A stretch of DNA of 64,000 bases from NCBI GenBank assembly GCA_031409335.1, contig JANNWY010000033.1, positions 1-64,000 on the forward strand, written 5' to 3'. The notes under the pieces are model-generated. The model made no database searches, was not told where the DNA came from, and was given only the letters and a program-made list of their open reading frames with translations. A program made the position numbers and the translations under genes. Shown here piece after piece: positions 1 through 9,400 of this stretch. Position 1 is the first letter of the stretch. Every line of letters begins with the position of its first letter. Origin of the DNA: Chthoniobacteraceae bacterium (GTDB taxonomy: Bacteria > Verrucomicrobiota > Verrucomicrobiia > Chthoniobacterales > Chthoniobacteraceae).

Positions 1-2
1 GT

Positions 3-1037
3 CCCGAGAACTGGCCACTGATTACTGACTCACTGATTACTGATTACTGGACCGCCCGCATCGCCCGGCAGCAGGAGATCGACAAGTCCATCGCCGCCAA
101 GGCCGAGTTTGAATACCTCTACGACAAGCCCTACGACGACAAGAAGAAGGTCCGCGTGGCCGGTCCCTTCACCGTGGAGAGCCTCAGCCCGCATCGCGTG
201 CTGGGCGTGGATGAGGACGATGAGCTGATCGACTCCCTCAAGGAAGACGCCGCCGAATACGGAGCCAAGCAGTCCTTCCCCCAGATGATTCTGGAAAACC
301 TCAAGACCGCCGGCGTGCAGCAGGCGCACAAGGAAGACCGCATCACCTTCACCGCGCTGGCTCCTTGGCCCGGCGAGGGCCGCGTCTGTGCGGAGGGACG
401 CTATCTCGAAGGCGACGCTGAGAAACGCGCCGGTATCTTCATCGGCCCCGAGTTTGGCACAGTGCAGCGCGCCGATCTCGTGGAAGCCGCCCGCGAGTGC
501 GGCGATGCCGGGTTCGATGTGCTCATCGCCTGCGCCTTCAACTACGAGGCGCACGCCACGGAGTTCAGCAAGCTGGGCCGCATCCCCGTGCTCAAGGCCC
601 GCATGAACGCCGACCTGCACATGGCCGAGGACCTCAAGAACACCGGCAAAGGCAACCTCTTCGTCATCTTCGGCGAGCCCGACATCACCCTCATCAACGA
701 GAAGGACGGCAAGCTGCGCGTGAAGGTGAACGGCGTGGATGTTTTCAAACCCCAGACCGGCGAAGTCATCAGCGACGGCGCCGACGGCATCGCCTGCTGG
801 TTCATCGACACCGATTACAACGAAGAAAGCTTCTTCGTCCGCCACGCCTACTTCCTCGGCGCAAACGATCCGTATTCCGCGCTGAAGACGACGCTCAAAG
901 CCGAGATCAACGCCGAGGCGTGGGCGACGCTGAACAGCGACACGTCACGGGCGTTTGAGAAACCGAAGCAGGGGCGGATCGCGGTGAAGGTGATCAATCA
1001 CCTGGGGGATGAGGTGATGAAGGTGTTTCGGGTGTGA
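3..1037 (+). CDS. C-terminal part of a site-specific DNA methyltransferase (type III Mod-like); 5' end outside window
   Basis: Frame of ORF 156..1037 is open back to base 3 (PENWPLITDSLITDYWTARIARQQEIDKSIAAKAEFEYLYDKPY...). Motifs RVAGPFTVESLSPHR, CWFIDTDYNEESFFVRHAYF and IAVKVINHLGDEVMKVF are typical of the C-terminus of this MTase family. Catalytic motifs are not in the window. Confidence 0.75.
   Translation, partial: PENWPLITDSLITDYWTARIARQQEIDKSIAAKAEFEYLYDKPYDDKKKVRVAGPFTVESLSPHRVLGVDEDDELIDSLKEDAAEYGAKQSFPQMILENLKTAGVQQAHKEDRITFTALAPWPGEGRVCAEGRYLEGDAEKRAGIFIGPEFGTVQRADLVEAARECGDAGFDVLIACAFNYEAHATEFSKLGRIPVLKARMNADLHMAEDLKNTGKGNLFVIFGEPDITLINEKDGKLRVKVNGVDVFKPQTGEVISDGADGIACWFIDTDYNEESFFVRHAYFLGANDPYSALKTTLKAEINAEAWATLNSDTSRAFEKPKQGRIAVKVINHLGDEVMKVFRV
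16..49 (+). repeat. Heptamer tandem repeat (C/T)ACTGA(T/C) inside the MTase reading frame
   Basis: cactgat tactgac t cactgat tactgat tactg; AT-rich against GC-rich flanks; encodes LITDSLITDY. Confidence 0.7.
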
Positions 1038-1105
1038 AATTGATTTATAGGGAAATTACCAATTTATACTCGAAATGAGATATACATGGGTATAACTCAC
1101 TACAA

Positions 1106-2290
1106 ATGGACCCAATCAAGAATCCCTTTTCGCCCGGTGCTGGCTCGCCTCCCCCGGAACTCGTAGGACGTGACCCGATTCTCGAACAAGCCCGCATTCT
1201 CCTTGGCCGCATCAAGGCGAAGCGGCCTGAAAAGAGCATGCTGCTCACCGGGCTGCGCGGCGCCGGCAAGACCGTCTTGCTCAACGAAATCGAGCGGCAA
1301 GCCAAGGCGGATGGCTACCGCACGATCGGCATCGAAGCGCACGAAGACAAACCGCTCGGCCCACTCCTGGCCCCGTATCTCCGAAGTCTTCTCTTTGATC
1401 TGGATCGAGTTGCGGGCGCTGGGGACAAGGTAAAACGCGGTCTTCGCGTGCTGCGGAGTTTCCTCGGCGTGCTCAAAGTCACTTACGAGGACGTCACCGT
1501 CGGGCTGGATGTCGATCCTGAGCAGGGATCGGCGGACAGCGGGGATCTGGAAATCGATCTGCCCAACCTTTTCGTCGCGGTCGGTGAAGCCGCCGAAGAG
1601 AGAAAGAGCGCGGTTGCGGTGCTCATCGATGAGATCCAATACTTCAACCAGAAGGAACTCGGGGCGTTGATCATGGCGATGCACAAGGTGCAGCAGCGCC
1701 AGCTCCCGTTGGTTCTCCTTGGAGCCGGTCTCCCCATCCTCCCCGGCCTTGCGGGTGAATCGAAATCATACGCCGAGCGGCTGTTCAGTTTCCCGGACAT
1801 TGGAGCACTCTCGGAGGACGAAACCGCGAAAGCCCTCCGCGACCCAGCGCAGGCTGCCGACGTGATCTTTGAGCCGAACGCATTGAAGGAAGTATTCCGA
1901 CTCACGAAGGGATATCCGTATTTCCTTCAAGAATGGGGATACCAAGCTTGGAATCTCGCCGAGGCCAGCCCCATCACGCTGAAGGTCGTCAAGAATGCGA
2001 CCGCAACGGTGATCCCTCGACTGGACAAAAACTTCTTCCGCGTCCGCTTTGACCGGCTGACACCCAGTGAGAAAAATTTCCTGCGAGCGATGGCCGAGTT
2101 GGGCGCAGGCGCTCACCGTACTGGAGACATCGCAGACACTTTGGGTGTGAAAGTCACCAGCCTGGGGCCGGTGCGTGCGAAGTTGATCAAAAAGGGAATG
2201 ATCTACAGCCCTGCCCATGGCGACATGGCCTTCACGGTACCGCTGTTCGACGAATTTATGGTTCGAGCGATGCCTACATTCAGGCGTTGA
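1106..2290 (+). CDS. AAA-family ATP-binding protein with probable C-terminal winged HTH
   Basis: N-terminal NPFSPGAG..P..LVGR, Walker A GLRGAGKT, Walker B VLIDEIQ, GYPYFLQ motif, HTH-like end (TGDIADTLGVKVTSLGPVRAKLIKKGMIY). Confidence 0.85.
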   Translation: MDPIKNPFSPGAGSPPPELVGRDPILEQARILLGRIKAKRPEKSMLLTGLRGAGKTVLLNEIERQAKADGYRTIGIEAHEDKPLGPLLAPYLRSLLFDLDRVAGAGDKVKRGLRVLRSFLGVLKVTYEDVTVGLDVDPEQGSADSGDLEIDLPNLFVAVGEAAEERKSAVAVLIDEIQYFNQKELGALIMAMHKVQQRQLPLVLLGAGLPILPGLAGESKSYAERLFSFPDIGALSEDETAKALRDPAQAADVIFEPNALKEVFRLTKGYPYFLQEWGYQAWNLAEASPITLKVVKNATATVIPRLDKNFFRVRFDRLTPSEKNFLRAMAELGAGAHRTGDIADTLGVKVTSLGPVRAKLIKKGMIYSPAHGDMAFTVPLFDEFMVRAMPTFRR

Positions 2291-2304
2291 GCCTCCACGA
2301 ACGC

Positions 2305-4386
2305 ATGGACTTCCGCATCGCCGACACTTTCACCGACAGCCTTGCGCGCCTGACCGGCGACGAGCAGAAAGCCGCCAAGACCACGGCCTTTGACTTGCAG
2401 GTGAATCCAGCGGGACCGGGCCTCAGTTTCCACAAGCTCGAAAAGTCGAAGGACAAAAACTTCTGGTCGGTGCGGGTGGGCAGCGACCTCCGGCTCATCG
2501 TTCACAAGACGGAGGGCAGCCTGTTGCTCTGCTACGTGAATCATCACGACAAAGCCTACGACTGGGCCGAGCGGCGGAAGCTGGAGACGCATCCCAAAAC
2601 CGGCGCCGCGCAGTTGGTGGAAATCCGCGAGACGGTGAAAGAAGTCATCATCCCGGTCTATGTGCAGACGGAACTGCCCGCGCCTCGAAAGGCACCCAAG
2701 CCGCCATTGTTCGCCGACACGTCCGACGACGAACTGCTCGGCTACGGCGTGCCGGCGGAGTGGTTGAACGATGTGCGGCAGGCCACGGAAGACAGACTCC
2801 TGCTGCTGGCGGATCGTCTGCCCGCAGAAGCCGCTGAAGCTTTGCTGGAACTCGCCACCGGCGGCAAACCCCGCGTGGCGCAACCGGCTACGACGGTCAC
2901 GAATCCTTTCGATCATCCCGACGCGCAACGCCGGTTCCGCGTGATGACCAACGTCGAGGAGCTGCAACGCGCCCTGGATTTCCCGTGGGAGAAATGGACG
3001 GTCTTCCTGCATCCCGAACAGCGCCAGTGGGTGGAGCGCGACTACACCGGCCCGGCCCGCGTCTCCGGTTCAGCCGGCACCGGCAAGACCATCGTGGCCC
3101 TGCACCGCGCCGTGCATCTCGCCCGCACGCATCCCGAAGCGCGGGTGCTGCTCACCACGTTCTCCGACACGCTGGCGAACGCGCTTCACACCAAGCTCAA
3201 GCGACTGATCGGCAGCGAGCCGCGTCTGGCCGAGCGCATTGACGTTCACTCGTTGAACGCCATCGGCCTCCGCCTCTACAAAGCCCAATGCGGGCCGGTG
3301 AAACTCGCCAGCCGTGAAGCCGTCCGAGAACTGCTCGGCGAAGCATCGAAGGCAGTGGCGGGCCACAAGTTCAGCCTGCATTTTCTCCTCACCGAATGGG
3401 AGCAGGTCGTGGATGCCTGGCAGTTGGAAACATGGGAGTCGTATCGCGATGTCGCCCGGCTCGGTCGCAAGACCCGGCTGCCCGAGGCGCAGCGAGCAGT
3501 GTTGTGGTCGATCTTCAATCGCGTTCTCGATGGGTTGAAGGAGCGGAAGCTCACCACGCACGCCGGGCTGTTCACCGACCTGGCGTCCTCGCTGGCCACA
3601 GCGAAACATCCGCCGTTCGATTTCTCCGTGGTGGACGAGGCGCAAGACATTGGAGTCGCTCATCTGCGCTTCCTCGCCGCGCTCGGAGCAGACCGGCCCA
3701 ATGGCCTGTTTTTCGCTGGCGACCTTGGTCAGCGCATTTTCCAACAATCGTTCTCGTGGAAATCCCTCGGCGTGGACATCCGTGGACGCTCCCGCAACCT
3801 CCGCATCAACTACCGCACGTCCCACCAAATCCGCCGGCAAGCCGACCGTCTGCTCGGTCCGGAGGTAGCCGACGTGGACGGCAACACCGAGAACCGCAGC
3901 GACACCGTCTCCGTCTTCAACGGCCCGCCCGCCGCCATCCGCGTGCTGAAGAACGAGAGCGAGGAGGCAGCGTCCGTCGGAACATGGATTGCCGAGCAGT
4001 CGAAAGTCGGGGTGCTGCCGCACGAGTTCGGCGTCTTCGTGCGCTCGGCAGGCCAACTAGACCGCGCTCAAGCCGCCGTCCAAGCCTCCGCCTTGCCCTT
4101 CAAGATTCTCGATGAGCACGTCGAGACCGCCAGCGGCCACGTCTCCATCAGCACTATGCACCTGGCCAAAGGATTGGAGTTCCGCGCCGTGGTGGTGATG
4201 GCCTGTGACGACGAGATCATCCCCTTGCAAGAGCGCATCGAAACCGTCGGTGACGACGCGGACTTGCAGGAGGTCTATGACACCGAGCGCCACCTGCTCT
4301 ACGTCGCCTGCACGCGAGCCCGCGATCATCTCCTCGTCACGAGCGTCGAACCAGCCTCCGAGTTTCTGGATGATCTGCGGGTTTGA
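2305..4386 (+). CDS. UvrD/Rep-like SF1 helicase with N-terminal RelE/ParE-like domain
   Basis: Walker A GSAGTGKT, Walker B VVDEAQD, AGDLGQRI, INYRT, STMHLAKGLEF, LYVACTRAR. First ~100 aa (FHKLEKSKDKNFWSVRVGSDLRLIV) resemble a RelE-fold RNase. ATG at 2305; TTG at 2287 is an alternative start. Confidence 0.85.
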   Translation: MDFRIADTFTDSLARLTGDEQKAAKTTAFDLQVNPAGPGLSFHKLEKSKDKNFWSVRVGSDLRLIVHKTEGSLLLCYVNHHDKAYDWAERRKLETHPKTGAAQLVEIRETVKEVIIPVYVQTELPAPRKAPKPPLFADTSDDELLGYGVPAEWLNDVRQATEDRLLLLADRLPAEAAEALLELATGGKPRVAQPATTVTNPFDHPDAQRRFRVMTNVEELQRALDFPWEKWTVFLHPEQRQWVERDYTGPARVSGSAGTGKTIVALHRAVHLARTHPEARVLLTTFSDTLANALHTKLKRLIGSEPRLAERIDVHSLNAIGLRLYKAQCGPVKLASREAVRELLGEASKAVAGHKFSLHFLLTEWEQVVDAWQLETWESYRDVARLGRKTRLPEAQRAVLWSIFNRVLDGLKERKLTTHAGLFTDLASSLATAKHPPFDFSVVDEAQDIGVAHLRFLAALGADRPNGLFFAGDLGQRIFQQSFSWKSLGVDIRGRSRNLRINYRTSHQIRRQADRLLGPEVADVDGNTENRSDTVSVFNGPPAAIRVLKNESEEAASVGTWIAEQSKVGVLPHEFGVFVRSAGQLDRAQAAVQASALPFKILDEHVETASGHVSISTMHLAKGLEFRAVVVMACDDEIIPLQERIETVGDDADLQEVYDTERHLLYVACTRARDHLLVTSVEPASEFLDDLRV

Positions 4387-4499
4387 ACAGGCGGAGGTTG
4401 CGCGCTCTTCGGCTCGCTCCGCTTCGCGCGTCCTACCAGGCGGCGGACAAAGGGACAGCCGGCGCGTATAAACGAACAGGTCCGTAGTCGCTCACCTCC

Positions 4500-5279
4500 A
4501 TGTCGCTTTTTGCACGCTACCTCGGCATTGACTACTCCGGCGCGGAGACGCCGACAAACAGCCTGCCCGGCTTGCGCCTTTTCGCGGCGACCTCCGAGGA
4601 GCCGCCCACCGAGATCCCGCCGCCGCCCAGCCCGCGCAAGTATTGGACGCGGCGCGGTCTCGCCGAGTGGCTCGCGAGCGAACTCCGGTCCGGGCCGCCC
4701 ACGCTGGTTGGGATCGACCACGCGTTTTCATTTCCGCTGCGTTACTTCGAGGTCCATCGGCTCGCGCCCGACTGGCCCGCTTTTCTCGACGACTTCCAGC
4801 GCCACTGGCCGACCGATGGGGATCACCTGTATGTGGATTTCGTGCGTGATGGTTCCCGCGGAAATGGCGCCGAGCGCACCGGCAGCGCGCGCTGGCGTCG
4901 GCTGGCGGAAGAGCGCTGCCGGGCGAAGTCGGTCTTTCACTTCGACGTCCAGGGCAGCGTGGCAAAGTCCACCCATTCGGGGCTGCCGTGGCTGCGCTTC
5001 CTGCGCAATCAGCTTGGTTCGCGGCTTCACTTCTGGCCGTTCGATGGTTGGAAACCGCCGCAAGGGTGTTCCGTCATCGCCGAAGTCTATCCCGCTCTGT
5101 GGAGTCGCGCCTTTCCGAATGAGGGAAGGAACGCCCATCAGCACGATGCCTACAGCGTCGCGCGCTGGATGCAGGCGTGCGATGCCGCCGGCGGGTTGGG
5201 CGATCACTTTGAGCCCCGACTCACTCCCTCTGAACGCACGCAGGCCGGCTTGGAAGGCTGGATTCTCGGCCTCGGTTAG
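4500..5279 (+). CDS. Predicted RNase H-fold nuclease-like protein (DUF429-like)
   Basis: YLGIDYSGA, VGIDHAFSFP, WPFDGW, AEVYPAL and HQHDA motifs. Confidence 0.6.
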   Translation: MSLFARYLGIDYSGAETPTNSLPGLRLFAATSEEPPTEIPPPPSPRKYWTRRGLAEWLASELRSGPPTLVGIDHAFSFPLRYFEVHRLAPDWPAFLDDFQRHWPTDGDHLYVDFVRDGSRGNGAERTGSARWRRLAEERCRAKSVFHFDVQGSVAKSTHSGLPWLRFLRNQLGSRLHFWPFDGWKPPQGCSVIAEVYPALWSRAFPNEGRNAHQHDAYSVARWMQACDAAGGLGDHFEPRLTPSERTQAGLEGWILGLG

Positions 5280-5401
5280 TCGCTCTCCGGGTCGAGGGTT
5301 GGCGATCAGATGTGACACGAAAAAATCACAAATTGTGCCGACAGGCAGCATAGATCACATCGCGGCGCGAGCCGTGGGCGCAGGCTACTTTTGCGGTAAC
5401 T

Positions 5402-6160
5402 TTACCGCGCTGAACCAGTGGTGTTTTTTACCGATGCAATGGCGAACTCGCGATTGAGCGTCGTCATCACGGTCGCGGGGATTTCCGCCGGACAGACCGC
5501 CTCGCACTCGTAGTAGTTCGAGCAGTTGCCGAAACCTTCCTCGTCCATCGTGCGAACCATCTTCAGCACGCGCTTCGTCCGCTCCGACTGGCCCTGCGGC
5601 AGCAGCGAGAGGTGCGTCACTTTCGCCCCGACGAAAAGCATCGCCGAGCTGTTCGGACAGGCCGCCGCACAAGCGCCGCAGCCGATACATGCCGCCGCTT
5701 CCATCGCGAGGTCCGCGGTGTCTTTCCCGATCGGGAGGCAGTTCGCATCCTGCGCCGCGCCGGTGCGCACGGTGACGAATCCGCCCGCCCGCTGGATGCG
5801 ATCGAACGCGCTACGATCCACGCAAAGATCGCGGATGACGCGGAACGGTTTCGCCCGAAACGGCTCGATGAAGATCGTCTCGCCGTCCTTGAATTTCCGC
5901 ATGTAAAGCTGGCAGGTCGTGGTCTCGCTCGGTCCATGCGGGATGCCGTTGATGGTGAGCGAACACGACCCGCAAATGCCTTCCCGGCAGTCGTGATCGA
6001 ACGCGACAGGCTCATCACCTTTCGCAAGCAAGTCTTCATTCACGATGTCGAGCATCTCGAGAAAGGACGCATCGCCGGGAATGTCTCGCGCCTCGACATC
6101 GACCAGACTGCCAACCGAATTCGCCGATTTTTGACGCCAGATTTTGAGGTGAAGATTCAT
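5402..6160 (-). CDS. sdhB: Succinate dehydrogenase/fumarate reductase iron-sulfur subunit
   Basis: [10 protein letters not shown] (2Fe-2S), [12 protein letters not shown] and [12 protein letters not shown] clusters. Confidence 0.93.
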   Translation of the reverse strand: MNLHLKIWRQKSANSVGSLVDVEARDIPGDASFLEMLDIVNEDLLAKGDEPVAFDHDCREGICGSCSLTINGIPHGPSETTTCQLYMRKFKDGETIFIEPFRAKPFRVIRDLCVDRSAFDRIQRAGGFVTVRTGAAQDANCLPIGKDTADLAMEAAACIGCGACAAACPNSSAMLFVGAKVTHLSLLPQGQSERTKRVLKMVRTMDEEGFGNCSNYYECEAVCPAEIPATVMTTLNREFAIASVKNTTGSAR

Positions 6161-6466
6161 TTTACAATAAGAACGAAACTGTCGCGGCAGTCAGATGCCG
6201 GAGCGTCTGGTGCGGTGCTGCGTTACGCGTTTCGACAAGACCGAATGCGCGCGCGTCATTCAAGCCTGGATTTGCCGGACGTCCGTCTGTGCTTGAAGAG
6301 AAAAGCATCCGCGTTCTTGCGGGAAACGCTTGCCGGGTGTAGCCGAAACACCTTGTTGGCGGCGGGCTTTTTGTCCGCTAGTCTCATGCGCACTACCCGA
6401 AGCGTCCCCGGAATTTTTCCCATCGCGTCGATCCCTCGCAAGTCCCGCCCCCTCGCATCCCATCCC

Positions 6467-9400
6467 ATGAAGAAAAAACTGACCGCTGTTGCCAGCGTCG
6501 CCGCCCTGGCGATCGCTGTTTTTGTTTCCACCCGTCCTGCTCGCGAAGCGGTGCCCGTGGTGGCGGTGCCACTTGTGGCCACGCCGGTCGTGCCGGAGCC
6601 GGAGCCTGCTGTGGTGGTGGCGCCGGCGGCGGATTTCGGTGCGGAGGCGTTCGTCGCACCTCCACGGCGCGCGGATTTCAAAAAGGTGACCGCTTTCAAT
6701 GATTGGGCGAAGCAGTGGAAGGCGGCGGATGCGCCGGCGCGGGAGGCGATGCGGGCGGAAGGCGTTCGGCTGGCGGCGGAGCGGCGGCCGGAGATGAAGG
6801 CGCTGATTGTGCGCAGCCCGCGGATGGCTCTGGACTATGCGGTGTCGCGCGTGATTTTGCAGGATTTGCCGGAGGAGATTGTCGCGCAGTTGGAGCGTCC
6901 GGTTTCGGCGACAGGGAATTTGAATGTGTATCGCGGGAAGCCGCAGGGCGCGGTGGCAGATGGGACGGAGCTGACGCTGCGTTACTTCGAGACGACGGAC
7001 GGAAAAAGCTACAAGGCTCGGGTGTCGGATGAGCTGGAGTCGCTGAATTCCAGGAACGCGGTGGCCCTGCGCGGTGTGGCGATTGATCGGGAACTGGCGG
7101 TTTCCTCGAACCCGGTGCGGCAGCTCGAAAAGGGCGAGCGCATTTCCAAAACGGCAATCGTGGAAGCGCTCTGCCCGGTGTCGGGAATTGCGACGCCGGC
7201 ACCTGCGCCGGAGGAGCCGGTGACGGACGAGACGCCGACGGTGCAAATCGGTGAACGCATCATTCGCCTTTGCAACGGCACGCATGTCCGCGTGCTGGAG
7301 GAGGAATACAACGCGATGCTCATGGCGTCGGGAAATGCGGGCGCGGGCTTTTTCAAGGACACCCATCCCGGCACATCGGCGGAGGCGATTGGAAATTTCC
7401 GCTGCCTCTACATCCGCATCACGTATCCCGATCAGCTCAAGGCACCGAACACCGAGGACAGCGCGCACAGCGACATGCGGAATGTCTCGCGGTTCTTTTT
7501 GGAAAACAGCTTTGGCCGCATGACGACGACATCCAGCGTCACGCCGCTCATCACGCTGCCGCACTCGCAGGCGTGGTATATCGCGAAGGACAGCGAGGTG
7601 GATGGCCTCGGGCTGGTCCACAGCCACGCCCGCTCGGAGGCGCGGAAGCTCGGTTACGATTCGAATCAATTTAACTGCACCATCGTGCGCGTGAACGGCG
7701 GGCCGCGGCTGAGCGGCATCTCGTGGGGCGGTGGTGATAGCGTGTGGGTTTCGTGGGATGGAATGGACGTGCTGAATCACGAGTGCGGCCACTCCATCGG
7801 GCGCAACCACGCGAACTTCTGGACGACGAGCGACGGCTCGGCGATTGGCGTCGGCTCGAACTCGGAATACGGCAACAGCTACGACGTGATGGGCGGCGGC
7901 GGCGGCTTCGCGGCGCACTACAATTCCAAAAGCAAGCGCGACCTCGGATGGCTGAACGATCCGTATCTGCATCGCCCTTCGGACGCGCCCAGCGCGGGCG
8001 GAGTCTATCGCATTTACGCCTACGACCAGCCGCAGCTCGAAGAGGGGAAGCGGTATGGGTTCCGCGTCGGCAAGGATGCCCAGCGGCGGTTCTATTTGGA
8101 ATATCATCCGGCTTCCAACACCGCGTGGGCAAACTCGCTGCTGATGATCATCGACGGCCTCGGCACGAATTGCGGCCACCTCATCGACACGACGCCCGGC
8201 AGCCCCGGCGGGAAAGGCGACGGCGGCATTCAGGTCGGGCGCACGTTCAGCGACTACGAGTCGGACATTCATTTCACTGTGTTGTCGAAAAACGCGACGA
8301 CTCCGGCATCGCTCGACTTCTCGTATCAGCGCGGGCCTTTCCCTGGAAATACCGCGCCGACTTTCACCTCACTGATCCCGAGCGCGACGACCATCGCAGC
8401 GGGCGGGAGCATCACTTTCACCGCGAACGCGACGGACGCGCAGAGCGATACGCTGGCGTATCACTGGGAGTTTAATGACGGCATTTACGGCACCAGCACG
8501 CCGACCTTTACGCGGACTTTTCCCAGCGTGGATCAGATGACGGTTCACTGCACGGTGTCCGACATGAAGGGCGGCATCGCGCGGAAGCATGTCGTCGTCA
8601 ATGTGGGCGCGCATGGACGCGGCGTGGTCGCGGGACGCATCACGGATGGTGCGCTGCCCGTCGTCGGCGTGCGAGTGACGAGCGACAACGCGAAGTATGC
8701 GTTTACTGACAGCAACGGTGATTACGCGGTGAGCGACCTCGCGGCTGGCAGTTACACGTTCACCACGCTGCTGACCGGCTACACATTTACGGAGAGCTAC
8801 GTGAGCCCCGTCACCGTCGTCGCGAACACGACCGTGAGTGGCAGGGACTGGACCGCTGGGAGCGTGCCGGAGTTGAGCATCACGGCGACCGGCGCTGCAG
8901 AAGGCGGCGCCAATGGATCGTTCATCATCACGCGCACGGGCGACACGACTGCGGCGCTGGATGTGACCGTTGCGCCCGTCGGCGGAACTGCGACCAAGAC
9001 GACCGACTACACATTTTCGCCCGACTATGTGGCGAGCGGTTCGCTTTATAAATTCACGATCCCGGCGGGACAGGCATCGCTCACGGTGGATGTCGCGGCG
9101 GTGAACGACACGGCGGCGGAAGGGCCGGAGAATGTGAAATTGCAGTTCTCCGTGGGTGGGTATCAGGTCCGCTCCGGCGGCGTCGCGGAGATCACCATCG
9201 CGGACAACGACACGACGCTACCTGTCGTGAAAGTGGTGTCGCCGGACTTCTACGCCAACGAGTCGGGCGACAACGGCGCGTTTGTCGTCACCCGCACGGG
9301 CGCGACGACGGGCGCGCTGAATGTCGTCGTCGCATGGAGCGGCACGGCCACGAACGGCACCGACTACGCATCGCAGCCGACCACGGTGACGATCCCAGTC

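Noticed and set aside
4387..4499. Possible attC site or REP hairpin between helicase and nuclease-like gene
   Set aside because: Only a weak GCGCG..CGCGC stem, no convincing R'/R'' boxes, no integrase.
5311..5330. CRP/FNR-like site TGTGA..TCACA
   Set aside because: Spacer is 10 bp rather than 6 and it lies between convergent genes.
5612..6466. N-terminal 285 aa of the 2518-aa ORF
   Set aside because: Overlaps sdhB antisense and is not protein-like; the signal peptide starts at 6467.
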